A DNA stretch of 63,493 bases, counting the filler, from Choristocarpus tenellus KU-1152 (taxonomy: Eukaryota; Protista; Phaeophyceae): the NCBI GenBank assembly GCA_964200185.2. It is 7 parts of 7 records of this genome, joined end to end, with 100 filler letters (N's around TTAATTAATTAA, not from the genome) between each part and the next. Parts side by side here need not be neighbours in the genome. Positions count along the whole stretch, not along the records: positions 44,026 to 63,493 come from CAXNAD020000463.1; 6 more parts are not named here. The stretch is one strand, 5' to 3'. Both the position numbers and the translations under genes were made by a program. The notes below the pieces were generated by a model. It was not told the DNA's origin and searched no databases. It saw only the letters and a list, made by a program, of their open reading frames with translations. Below, piece after piece: positions 52,704 to 63,493 of this stretch (its first letter is position 1; each line of letters begins with the position of its first letter).

Positions 52704-52806
52704 GGAAGATGATGGCAGGTACTGCTGATTGGCGAGGGGAAAATGATGGAAGGTACTGCTGATTGGTGAGAGGAAGATGATGGCAGGCACTGCTGATTGG
52801 TGAGGG
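52704..52806 (-). promoter_or_regulatory. Three 34-bp tandem units, each with a CCAAT box, upstream of SSRP1
   Basis: CTGATTGG (CCAATCAG on the gene strand) at 52725, 52759 and 52793; unit GGAAGATGATGGCAGGTACTGCTGATTGGYGAG(G); ~180-255 bp upstream of the ATG. The regulatory role is inferred. Confidence 0.5.
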
Positions 52807-55800
52807 GCTTTTCCACCAACAAGTGGGAAAAGCGGCCAGTGCATCTTTCTTGCAGAATGTCGCCGCACTGCAAGTAAGCGTAGGTTTTGACGATGGGGAA
52901 CAGTTGTTCGTTGTCAACAACCCTTGAGATAATGGAATCCATTAGGCGAAAAACAAGGTAAACATGGAAGCCGTACAGAGGAGAAGGAAATGTATCCGAA
53001 TGTCGTGCATTGCAAATGAAAAAGATTGAGGATTGGGTAGTTGCCCACTTGAGAATCTGGAACAAAGAGGTCACTATTGAATGTTCATACAATGGCAATG
53101 AATGGTGTGAACGGGAAATGACATCCGGATACGCTACTGCTACGAGCCTATTCTATTGGATGGGATGTAATTGAACCTGAATAGATAAAACGGAGTGGAC
53201 TCCACGAAATCGAAAGCAGTGGATCTGTTGTTTGTTGGAGTGGGATCGAGGATGGAACAGGTAGAATCGTGTCCCAATAAGGGTGAACAAATGGAGTGTA
53301 TCGGGATTCGGCTGATGAAGGTTTAGTCCCTGCTAGCAGGCCCATGAAATACAGTCAAGCTCATTGTAGTAGGCTTTGCCTCAACATATCCTAGAGAGAA
53401 GTTTGAGAAAGCAGAGAAGAAAAGAGCAGAGGACAAGTTCTGTCCTGCATAAAACGGTAGAGCACTTTCCCTCTAAGGATAAACTCCTCCATGTCAACGT
53501 CCACGCTTGAAAGAGAGTTGCAGGGGGAGAGGATATAGGAACGGCTTGGCACTTGGAACCTTCACCAGGGATAAACTCAATGATAAGTTGTGTACCTCAC
53601 AAGGATTTTGGAGATGACTGAATTTGTTGAGACCTTTTTCAATTCGCTGGAGGATAAAGAGTCTCACACCAATGTAAATCCCAAGGGGGATAAATGTTAA
53701 AAACATTCTGAATTGTCTTTATTGTATTATTACAATATTCAAAACAATAATAGTGACGATGTGTATCTCGTCAAAAAATACGCTTACCAACCATGATGTG
53801 TATATTCGCTAAAATGGTATCCTCCTGAAGGAAAAAGCAGAGTGGGGGGTGGTCACCATTGGATTCCTAGTTAAGAGTAGGCCCTGTTGGACATTTCAGT
53901 GCCAGCAAACAACCCTTCAATACCATGGGGTCAAGTTGGAGAGACCTTACACAGAGTTGATCGAGATAAGTTACATAACTTCCTACAATGTATTTATGCC
54001 CGTCTACAAGAAGACTTAATCCCTCCATTACTGGGGAGACTTTTCTTGAGTTTACATATTGTCACTATTGTAAAAACATGTGTTTTGATGTTTGTTGGAA
54101 AATGCAAAAATCCATCACGCTGAATGAAAATAATTCAATTTAAGAGCTAAATTAGCATCTGAGACATATTGTTACCCCTACTCACTAATATGGAACAATA
54201 TATTTCTCAAGGGTGTTAATACAAATGACAAGAATTTAGGTATTTATGTAAGTTGAGGGATTTTTTGTAACACATTCAGAAAAATAGCGATACGTACATT
54301 CACATGTAAGATACACTCACCAACCTTCACTATGTGTGTACTTGGTCAGATATCCTCCAACAGAACAAATCAGAGTGAGAGGTGGTCATCATCAGGTTCC
54401 TCGTGAAGAGTAGGCCCTAGGACAGTTCAATGCCAACAATCCATCAACACAAAAGTAGCTTGGGTCAAACTCAGGTGTTCCATATACGGTAGTTGCTACA
54501 TCTGATAGATTTGGCGAACATGACTTGCTACAATGCAATGACATGTCTACAATACTCTACTTCATCTCTCTATATTTCAGCTTTTTAGTTAGTGTATGCA
54601 CCATCACTGTTGCTAATAATTCCTCTAAAAACATACTTCAAGAATCTTAGTGAGATAGACAATCTGTCACACACCCTAATATTGTAGAATATTTGCATCC
54701 ACCCCATATTGTAATGCCTACTCACTACTGTCATGTTCTGAATTATGTTACAGTGGAACACAGGGTTGTTAATATGCCGTTATTCTTATATACTATCATA
54801 ACATAAAAGGTATCTTGTGAAAATCCTGGATTCCAGTGGAGGATCTTCCTTGAGGCTGAGTCCATTGAATCTATACAAGAGACCAGTCCCACAAATGGTG
54901 GACCTCTCTTCATTCAGGGATACCAAAAGTCAAGAATCCCCTTTGATGTCACATCCCGTAACTCTCATGCAATCCTCTCCACTCTGCAGTCTTGCACTTG
55001 TCGAACCTTAACTTTGTCCCGTTCGTTACAGTTTCATCTTGGTTCGCATCTGGCCAATCTTGACTGATGGGTCTCTTCACCACCCTTGCCTGAGTTTTCC
55101 ACATGCCACAACAGAATTACGCAATTCACGGTGATGCTAATGAACTCCAATATTGGGTGAAAGGGACAGCTTCAACCTTCATGCCAGTTTGCCAAATACC
55201 AAAATCACACAACGCTGTCGCTGCCAATAACAAGATGTGTTGACAGAAGCTGATTATGAAGATGGTGATGGATGAAAGGCTGGTGACATTGTAAACATTC
55301 AGACCTTGGGTTCCCCCACCAGCAGAGTCCAGTTCAAGTTTGAAATCAAGCGCCTCATCATCATCTGGAGATGCTGAACATACTGATCCTGCACAAGGGT
55401 CTCCCATGTCCTTCCAAGGTGGATCTTAAGGGAAGATTTGGTGCTTCCACCACACCCCTTGAGCATAATGTGAGCTCAGGAAATTGTGACACTCATTGGG
55501 TCCTATTCCAGGACACCCCATCTTCCTCACAATGTTCTACAGATTGAGAGGTCATGTTCCAGGACCAATTTGGTGATGGTGTGCCTGGTTTTATAGTGAA
55601 TCATCTGATCAAATATATGAAGACCGACTTTGTGCTACCTCCATCGCTACAAACCTCAAGTTGGAATCTCGTCAACATGTCGGCCCAGATCATGTTCTCA
55701 CTCTGAAGGGATTCAATTGCAGCAACAGAACTAACGTCTACACACACAGGTGGATTGCTATTGGTCAGACTAGCCAACTACAGCCCATTCATCAGCAAGA

Positions 55801-57765
55801 CCGCCTGTGCTAGCTCTTTCTACAGGTGGTTCCACATCCCAGCCCCATCATCCAAACCAGCATGCTAAAACACCTGCTATGCAAAGTCATTTTGTAGACC
55901 AGTATCGTAGCATTCTGCAGTGTAAAATATACCAAAACTCAGGTTGCCAAGCAAATTGTCATGATGGTCAGTCATCATTCGTGCCTCAACAATCCCAAGC
56001 TACTTGTTGGCCATACTTGTATCAAAAGTGGAAGGGGTGTAGACACCAAGAGCACAAGGATAAAGACATTATGTGGATGATCACTACACTCCTTATCCCT
56101 AGAGGTGCCCAGATGGATTCAACTCCTGCCCTTTGGAGAATGATCATGGTTTAGGTGACACTCTCGTAAGGAGTGGCAAGAATCCTAGGTTGGCTCCAGT
56201 TGCACTACTTGCTTGTCAGACATTGTTTATCGCCCGCTCATCTGTCTGTCTCTCTGTATTTTTTTTTGCCTTCAGTTCAACCAAGGTTTCATGATAAATA
56301 ATCAAACTTGATTCAAGAACTCTTTGTGCAGAGATACCCATCTACTCCAAAGCCTTCACCTCTTTCACCACAAAGGGTTCATGTATCTGGCAGTGTTGAA
56401 GAACACAAGGAAGTGATGTACCATGTCTTTCAGAGGTACTTGTTTAATCACCCTCAACTCAAAAAAATGGATGTGCATCCTGTCCCACCTTTTCCATAAA
56501 TTTGCGTACTGCTAATGGTTAACCACAGCATATTTGTGGATGTATTCGTTTTTCTCTTACACTATGTGACGCCACAGTATATGTTGGAGCTTCAGTAATA
56601 TTCCCCAACTTGATCCCGATAAATATTGCTTGTAGCACTTGTTCCACAACAGATCATGCACCAATTCAGCAAGACATCACACAACAAGGCAATACATGAC
56701 AAGTACCTTTTACAAATACTACTCCTTCATGTTCTCTGGCAAGCATGCAATATGAATTATTTTGACCTTGTGCAAGTCCATTTACATAAACATAATAATA
56801 TTCCACCACCTGGTCATGAAATCATTGTCTGTTGCACAACTGCTCACATTCCCACCCCTTGATACTGCTGCTGTAGTGGACCCGATTGTACATTACATGC
56901 CTGAGGTAGACCAGCACAATGAACCCTAGCATAGGTGGAATCATAATGTGATGGGTCAAATTCTCAATACTTGAACAATACTAGATCAGTATTGGTTCAG
57001 TTGGCAAACCCCACCACATACAGGGTTTGTGTAAAACACCTTGGGATTGGTCACTCTGACCCCAATTTCTGATCAAATGACCAAAACTGTTATGCTCTGA
57101 ATACTGATTCTACCTGATTCAGTGAAGCTAGAAAGGAGTGCATTGAGCTTTCAGTAAGACATATACTTTCAACAATCAATTTCAAGAGTCTCAACTTGTA
57201 GGTCTGTCGTCTTGTTACAGATCGGTATTTCATCGAGTGCAGTAGAGCTGGACAGATGTTCACTACCTGAAGCAGAAATTCCAATAGAGCCTATACCAAG
57301 CCTTTTGATAGGAACTCTTACAGAGCAAACCCCTGTACTCTAGAAGTGATTGACTTATGTGTCACCATTATGGAAGAGTAAGGCATCATTGAAAAACGTG
57401 TCAGCCCTTGGGGTAGTCCTGCTACCACTGTACCTTATTCTGATTGCTCTCTACGTTTCTGTATAGGCTACCGCTGAACTGCCAACAAACATCTTGTTAG
57501 ACAGAGTTGGTCTATGCCTGAGATGGAATAAAGTACTAATACCGTGGTTGGTGTCAAATTTAGGACCGTTTGAAACATTCAGCGCGTGTATTGGCAGATT
57601 CCAGTTGCTGAAACCGATATTGATAAGGACTGCTTTTGTCACTTCCAGAAGCAAGAGCCTACTTTTTTCAAGGGAATGCCATTTGGGGTATCAAATCCTC
57701 TTTGGCAATCTCAAAGAATGATGTTGTTAGCCTTTTGTCAATTTTGGTCCAATTAGTAGTTTATA

Positions 57766-57975
57766 TGCTCCGTCTAACCCGTCTGATAGCCGATTCAAAC
57801 ATAAAAAAATAAGACCATAATTTAAATGATCACTAGCAATAAGTGCCATTGATACGATTCCACATACAAAACCAAAAACAGTAAGCGAATTAGCAGTGAT
57901 TCCAAGAAACTGTAACCTCTTACCAATTGTATCCAAGGGCTTATCTATTACCTTTCTAACTCTTGAATCCAACAT
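57766..57975 (-). pseudogene. Bacterial CDP-alcohol phosphatidyltransferase family gene (YnjF-like), 5' fragment truncated at the integration junction
   Basis: MLDSRVRKVIDKPLDTIGKRLQFLGITANSLTVFGF...LNRLSDGLDGA: TAN.LT and DGLDG motifs; intronless, very AT-rich. Residues after GA in the ORF track come from host RT antisense sequence. Confidence 0.85.
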
Positions 57976-58354
57976 AGATCATTTTCTAGATAATTATGGT
58001 AATTTCATAAGGTCATAAATTTTATGTAAAGTATTTTCAGTGACTGGTTTGTCTAAAAATTTATAACAAGTTCTGTCTTGAAAGACTTTTTTTAGAGTTC
58101 TCATACTATTTCCTATATATTATTGATCTTGCACTAGTTTTCGGGGTACATTGGGTTAAGCAGACATCTAACTAGAATCATAGAAATGAGATATTGCATA
58201 ATTAATAGTCGAATGTCTACGTTTTCTATTATAGTAACATTCTATATATTCTACAATTGAAGATTTTGCTAATTCTCTGGTGTAGTAATTTTTATCATGA
58301 ACCAGTTCTACCTTCTTTATTATATAATTAGAAGATTGAGAGGGAGTATAGAAA

Positions 58355-58597
58355 ATGGATTTTAATTTATCAAAAAAACTGTCGGACTACATATGGATAA
58401 ATGGAAATATGATTCCTTGGGATGATGCATATATTCATGTTTTAACTCATAGTCTTCATTATTCTGGTGCAGTATTTGAAGGAGAAAGAGCTTATGATGG
58501 TAAAATCTTTAAGTTAATGGAGCACAGCAGTCGGCTAATTAAGTCTGCACAAGCAATGCATTTGAAAGTAAATTATTCTATAGATGAGATTAGTCAG
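58355..58597 (+). pseudogene. ilvE: Bacterial branched-chain amino acid aminotransferase (class IV), 5' fragment
   Basis: [54 protein letters not shown]; purine-rich Shine-Dalgarno-like GAGGGAG upstream; truncated at about codon 81, before the catalytic Lys. Confidence 0.9.
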
Positions 58598-61500
58598 TGG
58601 ATTTGATCGCTTGTTCTCAAACATGGAAAGGGCATGTGCACTACAAGAACAGCAGTTCAAAACATTTATAACCAGCAAATTTAACCTTGAAACTGTCAAA
58701 TAATATATTTGGACCTAAAGAAGTCCATTATTTGGGTCAGGTTTTGTCGTCTGAAGGGATTCGTATCAGCGAAGATTGAATTCATGCCATCACTGAATTA
58801 TCTAAACCCAGAACTTCGTTCTGTCCTAGGTATGGACTTTTTTGTGTAAATTTATACTCAATCTAGCCACAGTCATCAAACCATGGGATCGTCTTACAAA
58901 ATAAAGTCTCAGTAAGAACATTGCTAAGGAATGGGGAATGGACCAGGATGTGGCATTTTTCGAAGTAAATATCTATTAGCTGCAGCCCTGTTTCTCGTAT
59001 CTTTCTGATTTTACCAAAGAGTTTGTTGTCCATGTTGATGCCAGTGAGGGTGGTGGTGCTGGAGGTTTTTAGCACAGCCCTGAGCTAATAATCCGAATGA
59101 ATTAGCATAGAACGCAGAATACCGGTAACATCCCTGCTAGTGGGGGTATCGCATGTGAAGCTTATGATTTCACTGCCAAACACAAGCCTGGTTGGTAAAA
59201 GCTAAATGTTGCGCCTGACACTCTATATCAAATACTCAAGTTCGAGGAACAACAGAAATCTGTCCCTCTGATGCTGGTACCCATCTTTCGTAATGTACCC
59301 AGTGGTAATCGTTCATTTACAGATATTTTCAGTCCCCTGTGTCATCCCAATACCTGATAAGAAAACAATTGTGTCTATGTCTTGCTTTTCCTTCGTAATG
59401 GCTTACTGTACTGTATCATCATATTTACCAGCTCATCTTCATAAGAGAACATTTAGAATCCAGTTGGTTGTTCCCCACTTCTTAGTTCATCTTGTACTCC
59501 ACGGGTCCTGACCATGCATTGTCTGGAGGCCACTTAGGTTTTGAACACCCGTTTGTTCAGGCACAGCACAACAAAACGAGTAAGATGATCAATGATAAAC
59601 AAGACGTACAAGCACATTACACCATTTGCTGCTGGGGAACGTGTTTTGTACTCTATCAACCAGTAGTACAAGCTTGAAATGGTTTGTCAACAGGCATGTG
59701 TGACCAGCGGGAAAAACGGTACTTTGGTGTGATGAGTCTTACGCACTTGGTATGCCTGACAATCACGGCACCATGCACAAACATCAAGTTAAATGTTGGC
59801 CACCAACTTTAGTCTCTGATCCTATTCTACTCAAAGAGGCCGTGACAATTGCTCATATGCTGGTAGAATGTGTATTTTCAATTTTATAATTAGTGGGCAC
59901 CTATGTTGTTTAACTCTGATCAAGGTGCCAAGTTTTAAAACCGTATCGTTGCAGATTATCAGTCTGTCTATTTGTTGTACGAAAACCAAAACCACGCCAT
60001 ATCACCCTCAAGAAAACGTTTTGAAGAGAGTACATGCTATGTTGCATTCTATGCCAGCAATGTGCATCTCCGTTGCTGAAGACAACTGGGCATTGTTACT
60101 GTCTTTCGTACAGTTAGCCCATAACAAACCTTTAAGTGCAAAGTTGCATGAAACCCCATTTTTTCTTCTTCTTTGGAAGACATGCTCGTTTACCTGTTTG
60201 ATATTATCCTTAGTTCATCTAACGCTGATTCGGATGTTTCTACTGAAAGAGCTTACTCGCAAACCAAAGAGAATTTACAGCTTGCATTTGAGTTGGCACG
60301 CAGTAACTTCTGTGAACTGAAGATGTTGATAACCAGGAATGGGCCAACCAATGTCTCGTGTTCCTCATTTTCGTACCTGGATACAAAGTTCTCTAGTCCA
60401 TAGGCGGCTGCAGGAGAGTAATGATCGTCCGAATCTGAAGTTACTTCACCTTCGGAGGGGTCTGTATGAAGTACACTATAAAGTATTACTCATCATATCC
60501 AGGGGCGTACTACCAGGAAACCTACGTCAATTTTCTGTTCTTTTGGGTAGAATAACCTTTTACTACCCCCAAGTCCTATTTCCCACACCAGAGACTTGAA
60601 ACTAATTATTTGTTTTGGAAAAACGGTTACCCTTGCCAGATATAGACCATCAATCCTCTCAACCCATTGTTGGCCAGTCACTGTTATAACGCTGTTGTAC
60701 ATAGCTCAACTCTCCTTGTTTCGCATGAGTGAACACATGCGATGGTGAAGAGACCGTCAAAATACTGGGTACAAAAGCACTCTTGTATGCTAGACGTGGC
60801 TGTTCATTACACCATGTCGTGTTTTCATCAAATGTATTTATTGATCATCATGAAATGACCAACTTCAACTAAGACAAATATTCAAGTTTACGGCTGGTAA
60901 GTGATGGAGACTTCAGGTGAGTCATATTCGTTCTTCGTTTTATTTTTGGACATGATCCCCCTGACATGATGCGATGGCCTTACCATCGCCTCATATCATA
61001 TTGAGAGTTGAGCTACCAAAATTGTCCGTCTTAGTGTCCACTTAGAACATTGTGGTAATTGTGAGCAATTTTTCCGATCTTATCAGAAGGTGAGGAAGGA
61101 AAAATGTCTACACATCAGTCATTCATCTTGTCTGCTGTGTTGATTTTGATCATGTCATACACATGCTATTGGTTTCACACATTAGAGTGTTAATAAAAAA
61201 AAATGATGCAACACATGTTTAGCGTCATCAGAAATGCTACTCACAATTGTAGATAGGGTAAAGCGTTTACTCAATGTCTCCCCATTCTTGAGTATCCTCT
61301 GTTTTTACAAGATGCAAGAGACCTATATACTGATCCCATATCATCTCGACTCACAATTAGGCTGACCGCATTGCTGGCCCCATGCCCTCAAACCTTGAGG
61401 TTGATGATGCTATGCTGACCATATTCCATCGACCTTATAATATTTGGGCGGGTCAATGTGCTGGTCTCATACACTCAGATATTGTAAGGCTTGATTGCTA

Positions 61501-63060
61501 TGCTGAAAACATATCATCAACCTTTGCCTAAAAAGTTCCTGATCAGATGTTCATTAATGCCACGTTCATATATTCTGCTTCATGTTGTACTAACGAAGGC
61601 GTGTAAATATAATGGTGCAATAGTATGAATTATTATGGAGGGAACTAGTAACCAAGAATTTCTAAGTATCTTCTGGAATATATGTGCAACAAAATACTAA
61701 ATATGGTTGGAAATATGGATCCAATGTACTTGGTGAATTGAGGTCCTAACTCCACGTGGAACCCGAGATACGTGCTGTTTTAGACCAAATTTGAGCCTAA
61801 TACTTCAAACCCACAAAGTAAACTGGAGGCATTCAAACCGCTACCAAACCTGTTACAGGTCGATTAATCCCATGAAATGCTCTTGGAATCAATGCTGGCA
61901 TCCTAATGTGTCAAAGAAGCTATAGTAGCACCTTTGACCCACAATTCAGCGCACAATAGCGTGTACATTATTATTTACTGGGAGTAGTTATGTTCCTGGG
62001 GGTATCTTTGTTGTTTTCATGTTAACACGGTTGCTTTACCTGTTCATGATGTGAAAACCTAGGTCACTGGAATGTTGATATACACAGTACTCCTAGGACA
62101 TATTTTTGGTGGCTCAAGTCGTTTTGGTGGCAGTGTAGAACATTTCAAGTACAAATTCCGTGAAGGACTGAGTATACTTGGAGTACAGTGAGTACTCCGA
62201 GTGTTGCTGGGCCGTCTTTTGATATTTCATTATTACATTTCAGGAGGCTCAGATTTTTCACCTTCGATGTTGTCACTGATGCCATCTTCGACATCGAGGT
62301 CAACCTCATCATCCCCCTTCTACAGCATCAATTGGTCTCGCTAACCTGTCCATATCTTCCAGCTTACCCGAAATATTTGTACGGTTGAATATGTCTACCT
62401 CCAATATCTTGTCCTCTGCCTTGATGTATTTTGTGTTCTCCCTCTGGGCATGGGCAATCAATGTTGGCTTTATTACAGCCAAAGACAGATTGCCACTCTT
62501 CAAAAATGGTGCCACAGTCTGCTGGTTTCGATCCACCCTCAATCTGATCCCAGGTAGGGTCACCATACCAAACAATCTTGTCTGATTTTTCAATTGGACT
62601 CATATTTTCCCCTTTGCATACCGAAAAGATGGCGTACTGTTTCCCGTGCTACCAATACACCTCTTTGGGCTGAAACTTGGGCATATAAGGTGGTGCCCAA
62701 ATCACATCCCAGGCCTTCTCATGAATACCTCTACCCACCCAAAGAGCTTGTCTGGTTATTGACTACTGCAAAAAATTCTTCTCGCAACGACAACCTCCTC
62801 CTTACTCAGGTCTTTCCCTCAACACAAATTATTACCCTTCAAAAGGTCGCCCCCCATGGTTGGCACTCAAAACTGTGGTCTTCCCTCCTTCGCCTACTTT
62901 TGGTTGCTTTCACCTTGCTGCCCAATAGGTCTGTCTTGCACCCTTATTAAAGTCATGGTTGTACAATGCGTTGTCGAGATACAATATCGTTTTCTTCCCA
63001 AGGTACTATAACATGAATGTTTGTGTAAGGCATTTCACCTTCAACTGGATAAACATCTCA

Positions 63061-63315
63061 GAGCCAAAACAATTGAGATATAGGCAGGGTTGCATTTTAA
63101 GGATCCTGGGAAAGGGCAAGAAAACATAATTTTGTACGATTGTACAGTCTCCGCCTAATTTTGTTGTCGCTTTGTGTGTGTAAAGAGGAAATATCAATTT
63201 TATGTACACTATTGTGCACATAAAGTAATGAAGTAGAGCATATTGCATAGGATACGAAACATGGCTTAGAACGCAAAAACGTTCAAACTTGCCAATCTGT
63301 CAATTGTTTTGGCTC
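63061..63315. mobile_element. MITE family E, copy 2
   Basis: GAGCCAAAACAATTGAGAT ... GTCAATTGTTTTGGCTC TIRs; exact TSD CTCA. Confidence 0.8.
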
Positions 63316-63493
63316 CTCATCATCCATTGACACATGGTAATCACTCTTGTTCTAGCCTGGATAAGGGCCAACTAGATATTTAGAGATAGGGGACACGTCT
63401 TACACCGACTTGAAGTCAAACCAAAGACTTTCACCCCCTTACATCATCACAAGTAAACTCCAAACATAGAAAGAGGGGTCAAAGTATCTGGGG

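Larger units (their letters stand above)
57150..60600 (+). mobile_element. Decayed Ty3/gypsy pol (RT-RNase H-integrase) interrupted by bacterial DNA
   Basis: YRANP..EVID..MEE*GIIEKRVSPWGSP, LRFCIGYR, YWQIPVAETDIDKTAFVT, MPFGVSNP, LVVYM | [52 protein letters not shown], integrase TTPYHPQEN..RVHAMLHSM..DNWALLLSFVQLAHN..LHETPFFLL; many stops and frameshifts. Confidence 0.88.

Noticed and set aside
52688-53400. ORFs upstream of SSRP1 as a neighbouring or divergent gene
   Set aside because: No recognisable domain or consistent exon chain; partly made of the 34-bp repeat.
54300-56300. Coding-like stretches on the minus strand (e.g. 55126-55407)
   Set aside because: In-frame stops and no family motif that I can identify.
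62250-62950. Possible copia RNase H remnant on the minus strand
   Set aside because: Similarity too weak to support a call.

Overview
Eukaryotic nuclear DNA (about 43% GC by eye). It is probably from a brown alga or close PX-clade stramenopile; this is inferred from the recalled resemblance of the TE proteins to Ectocarpus-type elements, GT-AG introns and TTAGGG motifs. The window is seven contigs joined by six artificial 100-bp linkers (N44-TTAATTAATTAA-N44). Two host genes can be reconstructed exon by exon on the minus strand: SSRP1/POB3 (FACT subunit, 14 exons, 45768-52544) and the middle part of an MLH3-like MutL gene (about 9212-14333). The rest is mostly transposon debris: a CRE-type non-LTR retrotransposon, gypsy and copia remnants, a DD39D mariner-like element, probable hAT remnants, and three MITE families with shared G-R-S-Y-C-AAA termini and mostly 4-bp TSDs. 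The most notable signal is a ~830-bp AT-rich Rickettsiales-like bacterial fragment (5' halves of a CDP-alcohol phosphatidyltransferase and ilvE plus their divergent intergenic region). It is integrated inside the YMDD catalytic codons of a decayed gypsy reverse transcriptase, with host sequence resuming on both sides. Also notable are CpG depletion with a CpG-island-like SSRP1 5' end, and three CCAAT boxes spaced 34 bp apart upstream of SSRP1. All calls are from manual reading; no searches were run.
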